Part shown: one piece after another, positions 13,483-27,599 of the stretch | Layout of the letters: the number at the start of each line of letters is the position of its first letter | Position numbering within the stretch: the first letter of the stretch is position 1 | Assembly (NCBI GenBank): GCA_951406725.2 | Contig: OX597815.1 | Span: 101,556,001 to 101,620,000 of the forward strand | DNA from: Octopus vulgaris | Taxonomy: Eukaryota | DNA: 64,000 nt | Direction of reading: 5' to 3' | The notes under the pieces: generated by a model | The model's database searches: none | What the model was told of the DNA's origin: nothing | Seen by the model: only the letters and a program-made list of their open reading frames with translations | Made by a program: the position numbers and the translations under genes

Positions 13483-15291
13483 GAAGGAAAGAGAGAAGTG
13501 AGAGTGAGATATATATATATATATATATGCATACGCATGTATATGTGCGTATGTTTCTGTATATACGTATGTGTGTACGTGTGTGTGTGTACGTACCTGC
13601 ATAAGTATTGTACTGAAGAAGTGAGTCCTCAACCACAAAGAAATTATATTAATTAATGAGTTCATAGGTATTTAGGACCCTGATGCTGCAGAACCTATCG
13701 CATCTACTTTAAGATGATACGGCATACATATACACAAGCACATATGCAACGGTTTATTTATTCTTACATATATGTTTACATAACGCATACTCATACTATC
13801 TTGTCATTTAATTAGTAACTAGTTGGGTATTCCACAGACATTTGTATCCTTAATGTAATTCTCAGATGAGTATGTGACACGACTGAATCTTTGAATTACA
13901 CGCAATGTTATCAACGATCTTCCGTATAGTTTCGATTTTCACCCGGGCTTTCATCAGTGGTGATGATAAAAATACTTCCCTCAAAATGTTGCGAATCAGG
14001 GTCGAATCTAGGATTTGGTATTGCGAAGCGAACCTCTTAATCATTTGGCCATGCTTCTTTCATTTACATCGGTAAATCCTTCACGTAGGTTCTTGATTGG
14101 TTAGAAACAACAACCAGATATATTACCGGTCCGTCGCACAAAATAGGAAACATAGTAGATAAATTAGAATGTGATATTCCTTAAAAAACAGACGGGATGA
14201 TCGCAATTGGAATATCTTTGGTCATTGCTCTGTTTAATCAGAGTTGAACCATAGATAAACAAGATATACACACACAGTTAATAAATATAGTGCGTACAAG
14301 CAAATAGTTAGATAATATCTAAGGCCTACGCTATGGAAAGTAAACAGATGTAAATACAGCTTGTGATTACTTTCGCACAATGACTAATTACATTAAATTT
14401 ACTCCAGAATTTTTAACATAAAATATAGAATTAGTCTAACCATTTTAGCTAAATCCAAGGAATTTGTTTTACTTACATTAGTTCTAACATTCAAGGAGAA
14501 AGGGGGACTGAACCATGTTTACTTTTGGTTATAATTCTAGTTCGAGGTGGAATACATTTTAACAATTTTGTAAAGCCACTTTAGATCAGGTTGCTATTAT
14601 AGGAAGATGGGATACCTTATTGAAAATCTCTTTAAAGGAAGAGAGGTTAGAGATCCTATTACTATTGCTAGCTAGAAGGTTTATAAAGACGACAGTGGAT
14701 GGCAAAACTGTTTTTGCATATATCTAAGATTTTCATTTCATTTATGGTAGGGTCTGAAGGTGTGTAAAGTGCGTTAAACTGTTTGTTGCATCTGGTGACG
14801 ATCAGATATAGTGTCTGTCTCCTATCTCACTAGCCCCCTTAAACAATTATTTTAGAGGTAAACATTCAACACTAACAATATTCTTGATCTTATAGGTTTA
14901 AGGGACATGGCCTTTATTCCGTTTTTCGCTTAACGTCCATTTTAGTCTCGCTTTTTCTTCGTGATGATTTTAGTTATTTTCTCGCATTTCCCCAAAGATT
15001 AGCCATGTCATTTGAAGTTGGACAATTGCTGGATCGCACGCGGTCCACTACATAAACATGTTCAATTACTGCATTGTCTGAGCATAAAACTTGAAGTAGC
15101 TCACTTGTAATTCTTACATTCATTAAATCACACTTAACTGACGCTGGACTGAGTACTTTTTTGCTGATTCTTCCAAGAAAATAATATATATATATATATA
15201 TATATATGAGTACGTATATGTATGCATATATGTATGTATATGTATGTATATATACATATCTCTATATGTATATATATATATATTTGTAAAC

Positions 15292-15344
<53 letters not shown>

Positions 15345-15402
15345 TACATACATAGATACATAAATATAAAATCAAAATAAGTAACAGAATGTCAAGTAGT
15401 AA

Positions 15403-15488
15403 TGCAGAACGACCGTTTCACGTGGCTCCATTTAATTGAACAATGCAATCATTACATCAATTTAATGACAGCGCTATCTTCAGCTGCA
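15403..15488 (-). ncRNA. Type I hammerhead motif, canonical CUGAAGA core, extended stem II
   Basis: tgcag-CTGAAGA-(long hairpin)-GAAA-CGGTCG-TT-ctgca. Stem I is a perfect 5 bp. It lies near the end of a ~1-kb insert between TA tracts (~15360-16370). Confidence 0.7.
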
Positions 15489-16400
15489 CAAATATGGATT
15501 TTCAACAGACAAGATATATTAATATAATTTTTCTTAAATACTTTAAGAGAGTAAGGATGGAAAAGGACGGAAGAATTTTATGCTTTCACTATTGTAGCAA
15601 GAATAGCTAAGAAAAAAACAAATTACAATTTCTAGAGTGGCATGGAACACAAAGGGGGGGGGGGGTCATAGGGTTGTAATTCATTTCCAATTTATCTATC
15701 TCCTTATCATCAACAAAAACATAAGACTAGAAGACTACTTATATTTAGAATAAAGAGCAAGGTGAGTTGACAGCTCATAGCTGGTTGCTGGTATTAAATT
15801 TCATATTGCCACAGGTACCCCTCAACCCCCAAGAAAAAGAAACAAAACTTTAGGAGTCAATCAGATAGTAGTAAATATAGGGTAGGGGTGACATTAATTC
15901 ATGACGTTGTTACCAGATAAAGGGGAAAACACTATGAAACTTAGGATGCTACAATGAGATTCAGGAAAACATTAGGGGCTCAGTGGGAGAACGTTTATAA
16001 ACAATATTATTGTGCTGTATAAAAATAAAAATAATTTTTTTAAAGAAAGCTAGAAAGAGATATCATAACCAAGTTAACTAAAAGGGATAGATAGATCAAT
16101 TTAAACATTAAAAAGAAGATTACTATCATGTAGACTCAACTTAATACCTCATCTTTAGTTAATTGATTATTAGGTGGTCACTATAAAGAGAACTCAAACC
16201 ACTTACATATGGAATTTATCTGGAAAGGCATACATAGTGTCTATTGATTGAAAGTAAGGAATCAGAAGCAGGATAATAAGATAAATGATAATATATAGAC
16301 ATAATTAAATATAAGTACACAAGTAAACGTATGTACTGATATAAGTAGGTGTAACAGTATTAAAATAATGCATACATATATATATATATGCAAAAAGGGA

Positions 16401-16449
<49 letters not shown>

Positions 16450-16451
16450 TT

Positions 16452-16665
16452 GGTCTTTCAATATGTGACCTCGTGAGTACCGCTGGCGATTTTTATCCTC
16501 TGTCTTCCCTTCTTAGGATCTTTCCTTCTCCTATGTTTCCGACGAAGAGCTCCGCTCGAAACGTTAAACCCTCCTTCTTCCCTTCTTTCCTGAGCGTCCA
16601 ATAAAACTTTATTTGTTCCACGTCCTCGCGTTGTTGTGTTTTTTTTGTTTTCTTGTTTGGATTAA

Positions 16666-16670
<5 letters not shown>
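16452..16670 (+). mobile_element. ~210-bp non-coding HHR-bearing element (Penelope pLTR-like) between TA tracts; HHR at 16535-16569
   Basis: gttt-CCGACGA-a-GAGC tcc GCTC-GAAA-CG-TT-aaac. A homologous copy lies at 61271-61478 on the minus strand. Confidence 0.8.
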
Positions 16671-16729
<59 letters not shown>

Positions 16730-16754
16730 CACACACGCATATTCATATATTCAA

Positions 16755-16986
16755 AGACGGCGAACTGGCAGAAACGTTAGCACACCGGGCGAAATGCTAA
16801 GCGGTATTTCGTCTGCCGCTACGTTCTGAGTTCAAATTCCGGCGAGGTCGACTTTGCCTTTCATCCTTTCGGGGTCGATTAAATAAGTACCAGTTACGCA
16901 CTGGGGTCGATGTAATCGACTTAATCCCTTTGTCTGTCCTTGTTTGTCCCCTCTATCTTTAGCCCCTTGTGGGTAGTAAAGAAATA
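16755..16986 (+). mobile_element. tRNA-SINE, family A, full length
   Basis: Near-identical to the copies at 45122 and 47336. Confidence 0.9.
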
Positions 16987-17284
16987 TATATATATATACA
17001 CGCATATATATATGCATATGTATATATCAAAAATACGGTCAACTGTAAACAGCTTGCAGAATTCTCTGCTCAATCATTGCTTATAAAATTTCAAACACAA
17101 AGTCACCTTGGTTTTCTTTTTTATTAAAATTTTAACCTCCTTCCTGTATTGAGTTCCTTTTCAGCAAATGTTGCCAGGTTACCAGGTGTTCAAAACTTAA
17201 TTTCAAAAAACTCATATATATATATACATGCGCGCGCGCACACGCACACACACACACACACACATATAAATATAAATATATATA

Positions 17285-17329
<45 letters not shown>

Positions 17330-17413
17330 TTATGTTATATATATATATATATATATTTATTTATATTTATATTTATGTTATATATATATATATATTTATA
17401 TTTATGTTTTATA

Positions 17414-17444
<31 letters not shown>

Positions 17445-17546
17445 TTATGTTTTATATATATATATATATATATAACATAAATATAAATATAAATAAGTAT
17501 ATTTATATTTATGTTATATATATATATATATATATTTATATTTATG

Positions 17547-17588
<42 letters not shown>

Positions 17589-18739
17589 ATGTATGTGTGT
17601 GCCTGTTTGAGTATATATGTATATAATGTATGTTATATTTATTAAATATTAAATCTTTTGAATTTGTTATTCCTATCATTATCATTAACATTTTCTACTT
17701 GTTATTGTTGTTACCGTTTGGGTTGTCTTCGTTGTTGCTATTGTTGTTGTTATCCTCCACATTGTTATCATCGAGGTGGTGGTGGTGGTGTGGGTGGAGG
17801 TCGTCATCGTCGTCGTCGTTGTAATTGTTGTTGTTGTTGCACACTTATTTTCTTTAAATCTCTTCAATACGGACCGCCACATCATGAATCCGTGGGAGAG
17901 TTGTTCACTGAACATTCTCATGCAGTATGTTATCGTCAAAAACTTTAACAAGCACTGAAGCGACAAGAGTGTTTGTGTGTCTTCCACCTGCCGCCAGCTT
18001 GACCTCACCGCCCTTACATTTCCTTTCCTCCATACCTTAATTATCTACCTACCCACGTACCTTTTAATTTATTTATCTACCTTCATACCTACGGATCTAC
18101 CTTCCCACCTACTTTCATACATACGTATCTGCTTACTTTGCCTGCTGGCTTTCTCTACCTGTCGACAGACTTACCTCTTTTTTTTCTTTCTTACTTAGCC
18201 AAGACAAAAACTCACCTGGCGTATCTCACTATTTTATAATTCCCCTCTCTTTCTCTCTATATCTTTTCTTTTTGTTGCTCAGTTTTCCCCCTTTCTCTTT
18301 ACTGGTAATACATACTTGTCAGTATGTCTGTCTTTCTTTCCGTACGACTGTGTCTCTCTATCATACTATGTACGGAGAGAGGTGGGTATACATACATATA
18401 AACATGCAAAGAAACACGTATCTGTGTATATACATATACATACATATACATGTATATATATGTATATATGTATGTATATAAAAATGTGTATATATATATA
18501 TGTACATACACAAGCACATATATACATATATAAACACATACGTATATACCTACATATACACACAAATATATATATATAGTAATATATATGTGTGTGTGTA
18601 TATGTGTATGTATATATAGGTGGATAAGTAAAGACAGATGGGTAGATAGATTGTGAGGTTGGTAGATATATGTAACATGCATACCAGCATAGGGGAAGTG
18701 AGTTGGTATGTGCATGTGAGTATGTGTGTTTTTGCATGT

Positions 18740-18770
<31 letters not shown>

Positions 18771-19311
18771 AACACATGCGTACATACCATACATAAACAC
18801 ACCTATATGTATACACACTCAAATAGATTCATACATACATTCATACACACCAGTGGTTAATATATTATATACCAGCCATTCCTCAGGCAACACACTGAAG
18901 CAACTTGTGTATTTATCCTTTATTTATTTATATTGATCTTGTCTTGTTGTCTATTAATTAGTTCGCCAAAAACATTCATGAAACCTATCTATGAAAAGGG
19001 AAATCGGTGAGGAATTAGTCATGGCTATACAAATACACGCACAGGAACATATATATATATATATATGTGTCTGCTTGTATGTGTGTATATGTGTGTGTGT
19101 ATACACACACATGCCCATACATGCGCACGCATATATCTCTGTGGTTCGTGCCTATATGTATGGTTGCACCTGTTTTTACATGTATGTATGACCATATTTG
19201 TCCGTGAATAAAATACGCTTCTTTTCTACATCCTTAAATATGCTTATTCATCCATCCATCCATCCATCCATACATATATACATACATACATATATACATA
19301 TATATACATAA

Positions 19312-19379
<68 letters not shown>

Positions 19380-19389
19380 CATATATTCA

Positions 19390-19912
19390 TATTACACGAA
19401 GAAGGTAGCCTCTATGTGGCACATAAGCTACTGGGAAAGACTCAAGAGATTGGACTCTATTCCCTAGAGCGTAGGCGCGAAAGCTATACCCTAATATACA
19501 TCTGGAAGATCCTGGAGGGTCTTGTTCCAAACTTTTGGCATTGAGAGTTACACTAACGCTATAACAGGGCGTCACTGCATAGTGCCAAAGATTCCAACTT
19601 TGCCATCAAAATATAGGACAAGATATCGCAACAGTCTGGACTTTAAAGGTCTACAGCTCTTCAATATCCGCCCGAAGGACCTGAGAGACCTGCATGGGGT
19701 GGCTGTAGGAGTCTTCAAAACGAAACTAGATCTCTTACTGTTAAGAGTCCCATATGAACCAACTCCACAGCAGGAAGTGCAAATGAGGGTAGCGGCGTCA
19801 AATTCCCTCGTGCACCAAATGGCAAGTTCCAAAATGAATTAGTGAAGTAAAAGTTATGTAGCAACACCAAATTGCGGTGCCCCAGCATGGCCACAGCTAA
19901 TGAGCTGAAACC
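19390..19912 (+). mobile_element. 5'-truncated LINE 3' end (CR1-group-like) with 3' stem-loop tail
   Basis: SYWERLK...LYSLERRRE...[13 protein letters not shown]...FKGLQLFNI...FKTKLDLLL...PYEPT, followed by the tail GCGGTGCCCCAGCATGGCCACAGCT-AATG-AGCTGAAAC. Clade assignment is tentative. Confidence 0.8.
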
Positions 19913-19994
19913 GGTTTAATTCACTTCAATGCCAGTCCAGAAACTGGTCCACGTGAGTCCAAATACTTGAATGTATGCTGAGAGATTTTTTTAA

Positions 19995-20145
19995 TTCTAT
20001 CTCTGTTTATTTCCTCGTGTTCTTTTCTGTCGAAGAGTGTAGGCTTGAAACGTAAAATACTTTCTCACCTTCCCGAGCGTCAAACTAATACACTGATTGT
20101 TGTTTATATACCTGCCTTCGTCTTTTGCTCTTCTGTACATTTATA
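19995..20145 (+). mobile_element. Short HHR-bearing element; HHR-like motif at 20024-20057 (CUGUCGA core)
   Basis: ttt-CTGTCGA-a-GAGT gta GGCTT-GAAA-CG-TA-aaa. A homologue lies at 33064-33272 (minus). Ends in (TA)n. Confidence 0.7.
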
Positions 20146-20447
20146 TATATATATATACATATAAATTTTAAGTACAAAATGATAAAATAGAATACTATGA
20201 ATTCATAAAAGTTGAGCATAGCACATATTTCAGAGCCAATCAGTAATTCATCTTTAGAATATATTGCAATAACACCAAAAGTGAAAAAAAATCCCTCGTG
20301 AATAAAAAATTGCAATAATATTTCAGAGAATGTATGTAATATTTCACAGTAAACACGATCGTTGCCCATTTCCAAACACAAGCTTGCGTTGGACTCTGAA
20401 GTGTAACGCTTTCTCTTCAACAATGAACAATTATAATATAATACATA

Positions 20448-20616
20448 GGCGCAGGAGTGGCTGTGTGGTAAGTAGCTTGCTTACCAGCCACATGGTTCCG
20501 GTTTTAGTCCCACTGCGTGGCACCTTGGGCAAGTGTCTTCTACTATAGCCTCGAACCGACCAAAGCCTTGTGAGTGGATTTGGTAGACGGAAACTGAAAG
20601 AAGCCTGTCGTATATG

Positions 20617-20647
<31 letters not shown>

Positions 20648-20860
20648 TTGTGTGTCTGTGTTTGTTCCCCCCAACATCGCTTTACAACCGATGCTGTTGT
20701 GTTTATGTCCCGTAACTTAGCGGTTCGGCAAAAGAGATCGATAGAATAAGTACTGGGCTTACAAAAAAATAAGTCCCGGGGTCGATTTGATCGACTAAAG
20801 GCGGTGCTCCAGCATGGCCGCAGTCAAATGACTGGAACAAATAAAAGAGTAAAAAAGAGT
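20448..20860 (+). mobile_element. tRNA-SINE, family B, with internal (TA)n(TG)n and LINE-type tail
   Basis: Head GGCGCAGGAGTGGCTGTGTGGTAAG; tail GGCGGTGCTCCAGCATGGCCGCAGTCAAATGACTG. Homologues at 25957, 36181 and 59870. Confidence 0.9.
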
Positions 20861-21266
20861 ATATAACGTTAGTTGACGGCACTGTAATTTATTAAATGAA
20901 TGAAAATAACTAAGAGAGGTTTAATAACAGCATGATACAAACCAGAAAAATCAACACAAAGATACATTACTGTTTTATGATGTTTCAATCCGGCGTTGAG
21001 TAATTTATTTTTTCAAATATAACAGTATTCTGCCAATGATTCTCAGTCCTTTACTGCTATGTTCGCGAACAATGTCAGTCAGGTGAGGAGACTGTGCATA
21101 CGCTAATGGACTAATAGATTCAGAAATGGCATTGTTTTGAAATAAGCAAATAAGTCTTAATAATGAAATTTGAAAGTTTGTTATGTATAAAGCAAAATAA
21201 AAATCTCGAATATAGTCACCTCGTCAGCATATGCTTGAATGAACGGTTCTTCCCCATTTATACAAA

Positions 21267-21299
<33 letters not shown>

Positions 21300-22824
21300 G
21301 CGTATTAGCCAAACGTCGATCTCCGTGCTGATCTTCTTGCGGAAGGCATTTGGGTCTTCGAATCATGAAAGTACAGAATCTATTAAAAAGTCTGAGATAA
21401 CGTTAATGTGTATAAATAAAATTTATTCTGCGAAAATTTGTCAACTCAAAACTCATCCGATCTTCTGGAACTTCTGTATCACTGATCTTTAATTTGTTAA
21501 ATCTGAAACTTCACCCGATCATTCCGAATATAAACTTCAGTGGGACTTTAATCTCCTTTTTACCAGAATTCATAGGTTTTTGTTCTAGCTTTTGATTTAA
21601 TTTTTTGAAGCATTGTTTCCCCACCACTGCCGATCTTGCTTTGCCAATTTCTCATCTTGATATCAATACGCACAACTGTTCTAACATCATTTCAATGCAA
21701 ATAAGTATAATTTCCCAGTTCTTGAATTCCAATTTGACTTCCAAAAAAACATCAAAGATAAATTTAGTTGGCTCATGATATAAAGTAAAACTTTTTCTCC
21801 CTAAAGATTGGACTCAATATAAAGAGACTGATTCTTTTCATGTTCCATGGATTTCGTCCGCAGGGAAAGACTTTGATCAATAACAAAATTTCATATTCTC
21901 TCAAACTATCACGAAAAGTGCTTTATTGTCGGAGCAAAGGAAAAAAGTTAAAAGAATTCTAAAAATATTTAATATTCTCACTGCTTGACATTCAATTCAC
22001 AAATAGTTTAAATATAATTTTTCAACCTATATTCAACTTCTTTGCTCTCAATACTTTTACTTCAATTGTTATACTTCGTTAGTATTGTGGTTGTCGTAAC
22101 AACTGAAGGATTACTTGGTCGTTTCAATTTATGCTGTAAGCCAGTGGACCAACGAAGCGCAGAAACACACCCGAGGCCGCCTTGATTTCAAATGTTTTAT
22201 GTATAGAGTAGACGTCAAGGAGGTTAAGTCTATATGCCAGGGAGCCATGTGAACACACACATCGAAATTCGTATGCATATACTTACAAACAATAGTTATC
22301 ATATACCACAGCATAAACATACTATGTACTACCATATGAGACAAATATTTTACATTTATTAGTACACCACACACACACACACAAACCTACATATATACAC
22401 ACACACACATATATATATACACATACATATGTATATATATACTCACACACATATGTATACATATTTACATTAGTGTGATCGTGTGTGTGTGTGGTGTGTA
22501 TGTGTATGTGTAAAGTGTTATGTGAGTGAAGGTAAGTGTCCTTGTTACGGTTTAGGTTCACGATCGTGGATTCGAATCTTGGAGACCGCGTTGTGTAGTC
22601 TGTCTTTAAGCTAGGCTCTTCATCTTAAGCTAAGCTCTTTATACAGATGCAACCCTTACACTCTCCATCAGCCACAGTCTACGACATTTCATTATGACGA
22701 GGGTAGGAGAGTCGGTTAATGCCTATACCTGCTTGCGCTTACATAAGCATCCAACCTAAAGCCATTAGGGAACACATGTTACTTGCCACCAAGTGTTAAA
22801 TGCTTCCTTGTGACGGCTGTAATT

Positions 22825-22881
<57 letters not shown>

Positions 22882-23519
22882 CACACACACTCAGATATAT
22901 GAAGAGACAGAATTAACGAAATCGTTAAGAATATATTACGTGCTCATTCTGTTGTAGTGCCCAAATCACAGATTCGATACGCCAACATGTATGTGATGTA
23001 TGCGATTTTAAACATTTTCTGCCTCTAAGTGTGAGCTAATTTGCTGACCCGAGAGTTGTTTATGTGTTTGTGTACTCAAGGAATTGATTGTCATGTATTC
23101 AGAAAAGCTGTTGTTGTTGTTAAGCAACAAGGCGGATAAGGGTGATTAGGTGATGGTCTAGGGCTTAGGGGCGGGAGACCCCAGACTTTGGAAAAAAAAC
23201 TTTGGTCGTCTTGTTGTAGTCGAGGGCTCTTCGTTGACGCCCGACACCTCTGGGAGGTGGCCCTCGAAGTCGCTGGAAATGGAAATTTCCAGGTCCAAAT
23301 TCTTGGCCGGCAACTTAGTGATTCGGCAAAAGATTCCGATAGACTTACAAAATATAACTACTGGGGTTGATTCTTTTGTCTAAAAATTCTTCAATACGAT
23401 GCTGCAGCATGTCTGCAGTCTAAGAACTGAAAATATACGAACACACAAACATGAAAGGCTGTGAAAGCTGGTGCTTGAACCTTTCTGTATCCTTGTAAAA
23501 TATCTCATTATGCATGTGA

Positions 23520-24610
23520 TCTGTAATAATGGTCTTTCTACAACTTGTAGTGGTCTGAAGTGCATTGTTATATACATTCTTCGGAAATTAGTGTAGCTTA
23601 TTGCAGTGAGAGTGGGGACCCACGGAAGAACTGCATAATCTATGATAGATCTAATATATTGTTTGTACACAAGTATTGTTGCTTCTATCTATTAGTCAAA
23701 TGTGGTATTTACGAATATAACGTTTTATTTTATTTTCTGTTTCATCTACCTGTTCTGCAAAATTTTGTAGAAGTGTTGTCTGTAATTCAAAATACTTTTG
23801 TCTTTTATGGTAGTATACAGCAGTGCTCCGCAACCGGTATGCTGCGGCACACTGGTGTGCCATGAGACGATGATAGGTGTACCGCAGCGTACCCTAAATA
23901 TAATTTTTCTCTATACCTTTAGTTATATCTTTAGTTCAGATGTGCCGTCGAATTTTGAAAAGAATATGTGTATCGCAAGTGAAAAAAAGGTTGCGGAGCT
24001 CTGTATATAATATGTTTATGTTGTGGGATGTGATGACTATTGTATTTATTTGTCTTTCCATGGTTTTGTTGGCACATAGGAAGATGGTTCATTTGATAGG
24101 TGTTATATTTATTTTATGTGCTTGGAGCCAGATTTCTAGATTACCGTTGTAGAGTTAGAGTAGTTGCACATCTTTATCTAGAGAATAGTGTGATGTGCCA
24201 ACTGTGATATCATCTCTGTACCAAAGTTGTATAAAGAGTTTTCATTTTGGCTTTGAAAACTGCAGTTATTTTAACTATGACTGACGTATTCAGACGTAAT
24301 CAGTTAGACGGTAGTTTTGGAGTTATTTAAAGTAATATTTGAATATTTTATTTATAAGTGAATATTGAATAGTTTGCCGATGTGGATAGAAGTGAAGACG
24401 TTGCTTGTAAGTTTTGTTCTTGCTGAAGTTGACTTAAAATTGCATAGGTTTGTGAATTGCGCTGTCGTTGATTGCAGTAGGTTAAATATACCCTTGGAAT
24501 CCAAAAGAGTAAAGCTAGGAATTTGCCAAGAAAATATAAAATGCACTGTTATTACAACCATGGGTTGGAGAAGTATGTCGCTGCTGTTTAATTCCAAAAC
24601 AATCCTGATC
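23520..24610 (-). mobile_element. Decayed LINE reverse transcriptase region (Jockey/I-like)
   Basis: Minus-strand YKQYIRSIIDYAVLPWVPTL resembles 'YK.FIRPVLEYASPAWSP'. A degenerate RPIS...KTMER motif lies near 24050-24110. Confidence 0.55.
23821..24003. mobile_element. hAT (Charlie/Buster-like) MITE nested in the LINE
   Basis: 15-bp TIRs CAGTGCTCCGCAACC / GGTTGCGGAGCTCTG (14/15 match) and subterminal TGTGCCG-like motifs. An 8-bp TSD is not recognisable. Confidence 0.75.
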
Positions 24611-25956
24611 TAGCAGGCCTATGATCAAATATGTTTTAACTGTAGCCGCTACTTTGCTTTGTAGTAATCGTCTCAGCTTCCTCAGATCTGAATTCAAATA
24701 TTGTCGAGGTCAGCTTTGCCTTTCATCGTTTTGGAGTCGAGAAATGAAGAACCACTACTGTACAGGGGTCGATTGTAACCATCACCACACTATTTCTGTC
24801 TGTTAATCACCCCGTCTCTGTCTGTCTGGTTTTTTTTAATAATTTTGAAGAAATAGGCTGACAATGTTCGAGATACTGTATGTAACAATGGCACCCATAC
24901 ACCCTCATCAAGAAATTGAGGGCCTGAAATAAGGCAAGACAATATGTAGAACTACATTATTTAGTACATGTATTAAAAGACAAACAAACAAAACAGTTGG
25001 TTCTAATTTCTTTACTATTTCCAGTAAGTCTATCGAACCCATAAATATGCTCTTACTAGTCACCTAGAAATATCAACGGTATATATATTTATGCATTAGC
25101 ACGGAACACGTGTGATTGAAAAGTTGCGAAAGGAAAGTACTTACGCACAAAATGCACTCTAGACATAAAATACACATTATATACGAACTTTTCACACACA
25201 GGTTAGTGACATTCTGTTAAATAAAAGCTTTTCTTTTATATCTTTTTCTACTTATTTTAACTGTAACAAGTATTTTTTTTACAAAAGCATGTATATGTAT
25301 GTGTGTGTGTGTGTTTGTGTGTACACATACATGTATATATGCAGATGTAAATCTGGTTCATGACTGTGCTGACATAAGAAAAAATATATTGGTCCCGTGC
25401 AAAATAAAGCTTATAAACTTATAAACACTTCGATAATCAACAAGTGAAGGGATCCGAAAAATAAAAAAAATGTCTCTCACACAAACACATTCCCATGCAT
25501 GCACACACATGTATATATATACATGAACATACACATACACATATACGTATATATGTATGTGTATACTCTCATACACATACATATAAAAATATTGTTTATT
25601 TGAATTTGAATCAATTATTATTCACATTTTATCTTTTTGCTTACTAATTCGGCATTGCAAGTGATAACAAAACATTATGACCATTCGACACGGGTCTATC
25701 TTATCTAAGCATAAACGTATTCATTTTACATTGGTTATGCTTGAGCATCGTTGTATCATTACTTCTGTTTTTAACCAACGGATTTTAACTACTTTATTTA
25801 TACATGCAGCGTGTCTCATAATAATGAAATATGTTTTAAACGCAAAAGCAAGTAACTAGAACTGGAACAGACTTCTTAAGGAAAACTGCATAATGCATAA
25901 TCATGACCGATAGTCTCATCATTAGAATATGATATATCTATTTTCTTTATCTCATA

Positions 25957-26099
25957 GGCACAGGGATGGCTGTAAGGTAAGAGGTTTGCTGCCCAACCAC
26001 ACGGTTCCCAGTTCAGTCCCACTGCACGGCACTTTACTATAGCTTCGGGCCGATCAAAACACTGTGAGTGGATTTTATAGATGGAGACTAAAAGCCGGT

Positions 26100-26136
<37 letters not shown>

Positions 26137-26345
26137 GTGTGTGTGTGTGTGTGTGTGTGTGCCTCACCACCGTTTGACAGTAGGTTTTGGTGTGTTTAAG
26201 TGCCCGTAACTTAGTGATTCGGCAAAAGATACCGATAGAATTAGTATTAGGCTTACAAAATATAACTACTGGGGACGATTCTTTCGTCAAAAATTCTTCA
26301 AGACGATGCTACAGCATGGCCGCAATCTAAGAACTGAAAATATAC
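25957..26345 (+). mobile_element. tRNA-SINE, family B (diverged)
   Basis: Colinear with 20448-20860, including the internal microsatellite. Confidence 0.85.
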
Positions 26346-26354
26346 GAACATACA

Positions 26355-26396
<42 letters not shown>

Positions 26397-26513
26397 AACT
26401 TGGAAAATGATACGTTTGGGAAGGTGATTATGAGTGCACTGCACATGGGAAGATACAGAATATTTATGACTAAAATACTTTTGATTGGAGGTCCAACAAG
26501 ATGGACTTGAATT

Positions 26514-26554
<41 letters not shown>

Positions 26555-27283
26555 TGCCGATTCCACTTGCAGCTACCGACGAGGATAATGCCATCATCAG
26601 CAGTAACAACAGCAGAAGCAACAGCAACATTATCACCACCACTACTACTACCACCCTCTTCATCCCCAAAGATCAACCATAACAATATTTTCACATGATA
26701 CGCAATGGCTGACTTATATCCTTATTTAATTCTTTAATCACCTCCCCTCTTCTATCTATCTCTTTCTCTGGGGATCAATATCACTTTAAGGAAAGACGAA
26801 ACAAAATTCTCAGGAAGGTCTCCCCTTTTTCCTCGCTAACTATCGGCCTTCGCAACCCACTTCCAATATCTCAAAAGTGAAGGAAACAATCGCAAAATGC
26901 GTTCCTTCTTCCTCAAACTTATCTTCCATGTTTAGTGACCATCACAGATTTTTATTACTGTCAGAAATATTCTCTTTTACGTTACGTGCCGACACTCTTT
27001 TTATTTATGTGAATTCCGTCGAAGTCGTGATGTTATCCTTGACATCTGGAAAACTTCCAACAGTGCCTCAAGGTTTCAAATCGAAGGTTTTCTTTTGGAC
27101 TACACTAATGTGCAGCGACACGGTTCCTTCCGATCTACATTTTATCAGCTTTGATGTTTTGAAAATTTCAGTTATATCGACTACCCTTTCTTCTGTACAT
27201 TAATAATCTATTTCCTGATTTTTCCCTCCTCAAGCCACACACACAAACACACACTCACACACACACAGACACACACACACACA

Positions 27284-27324
<41 letters not shown>

Positions 27325-27599
27325 ACACGCACACACACAGACACACATACACAAACAAACACACACACACACACGCGTACACACAAACGCACACGTGCGC
27401 ATAGACACATTTGCTATACATACATACACGTAGACAGAAATATACGCACACATTCGTACGCCCTCTGCTCTTTCTCTCTCTCTCTTTCTCTTTCTCTCTC
27501 TCACATATACACATACATATGTCGATGATAATATTTTCACTTGTCCTTAACTTTTTCCCTCATGCAAGTACCATACACATGTAAACTAAACACTCCATG

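Noticed and set aside
13613-13652. CTGAAGA...GAAA hammerhead-like string
   Set aside because: No stem I, a weak stem II and no palindromic stem III.
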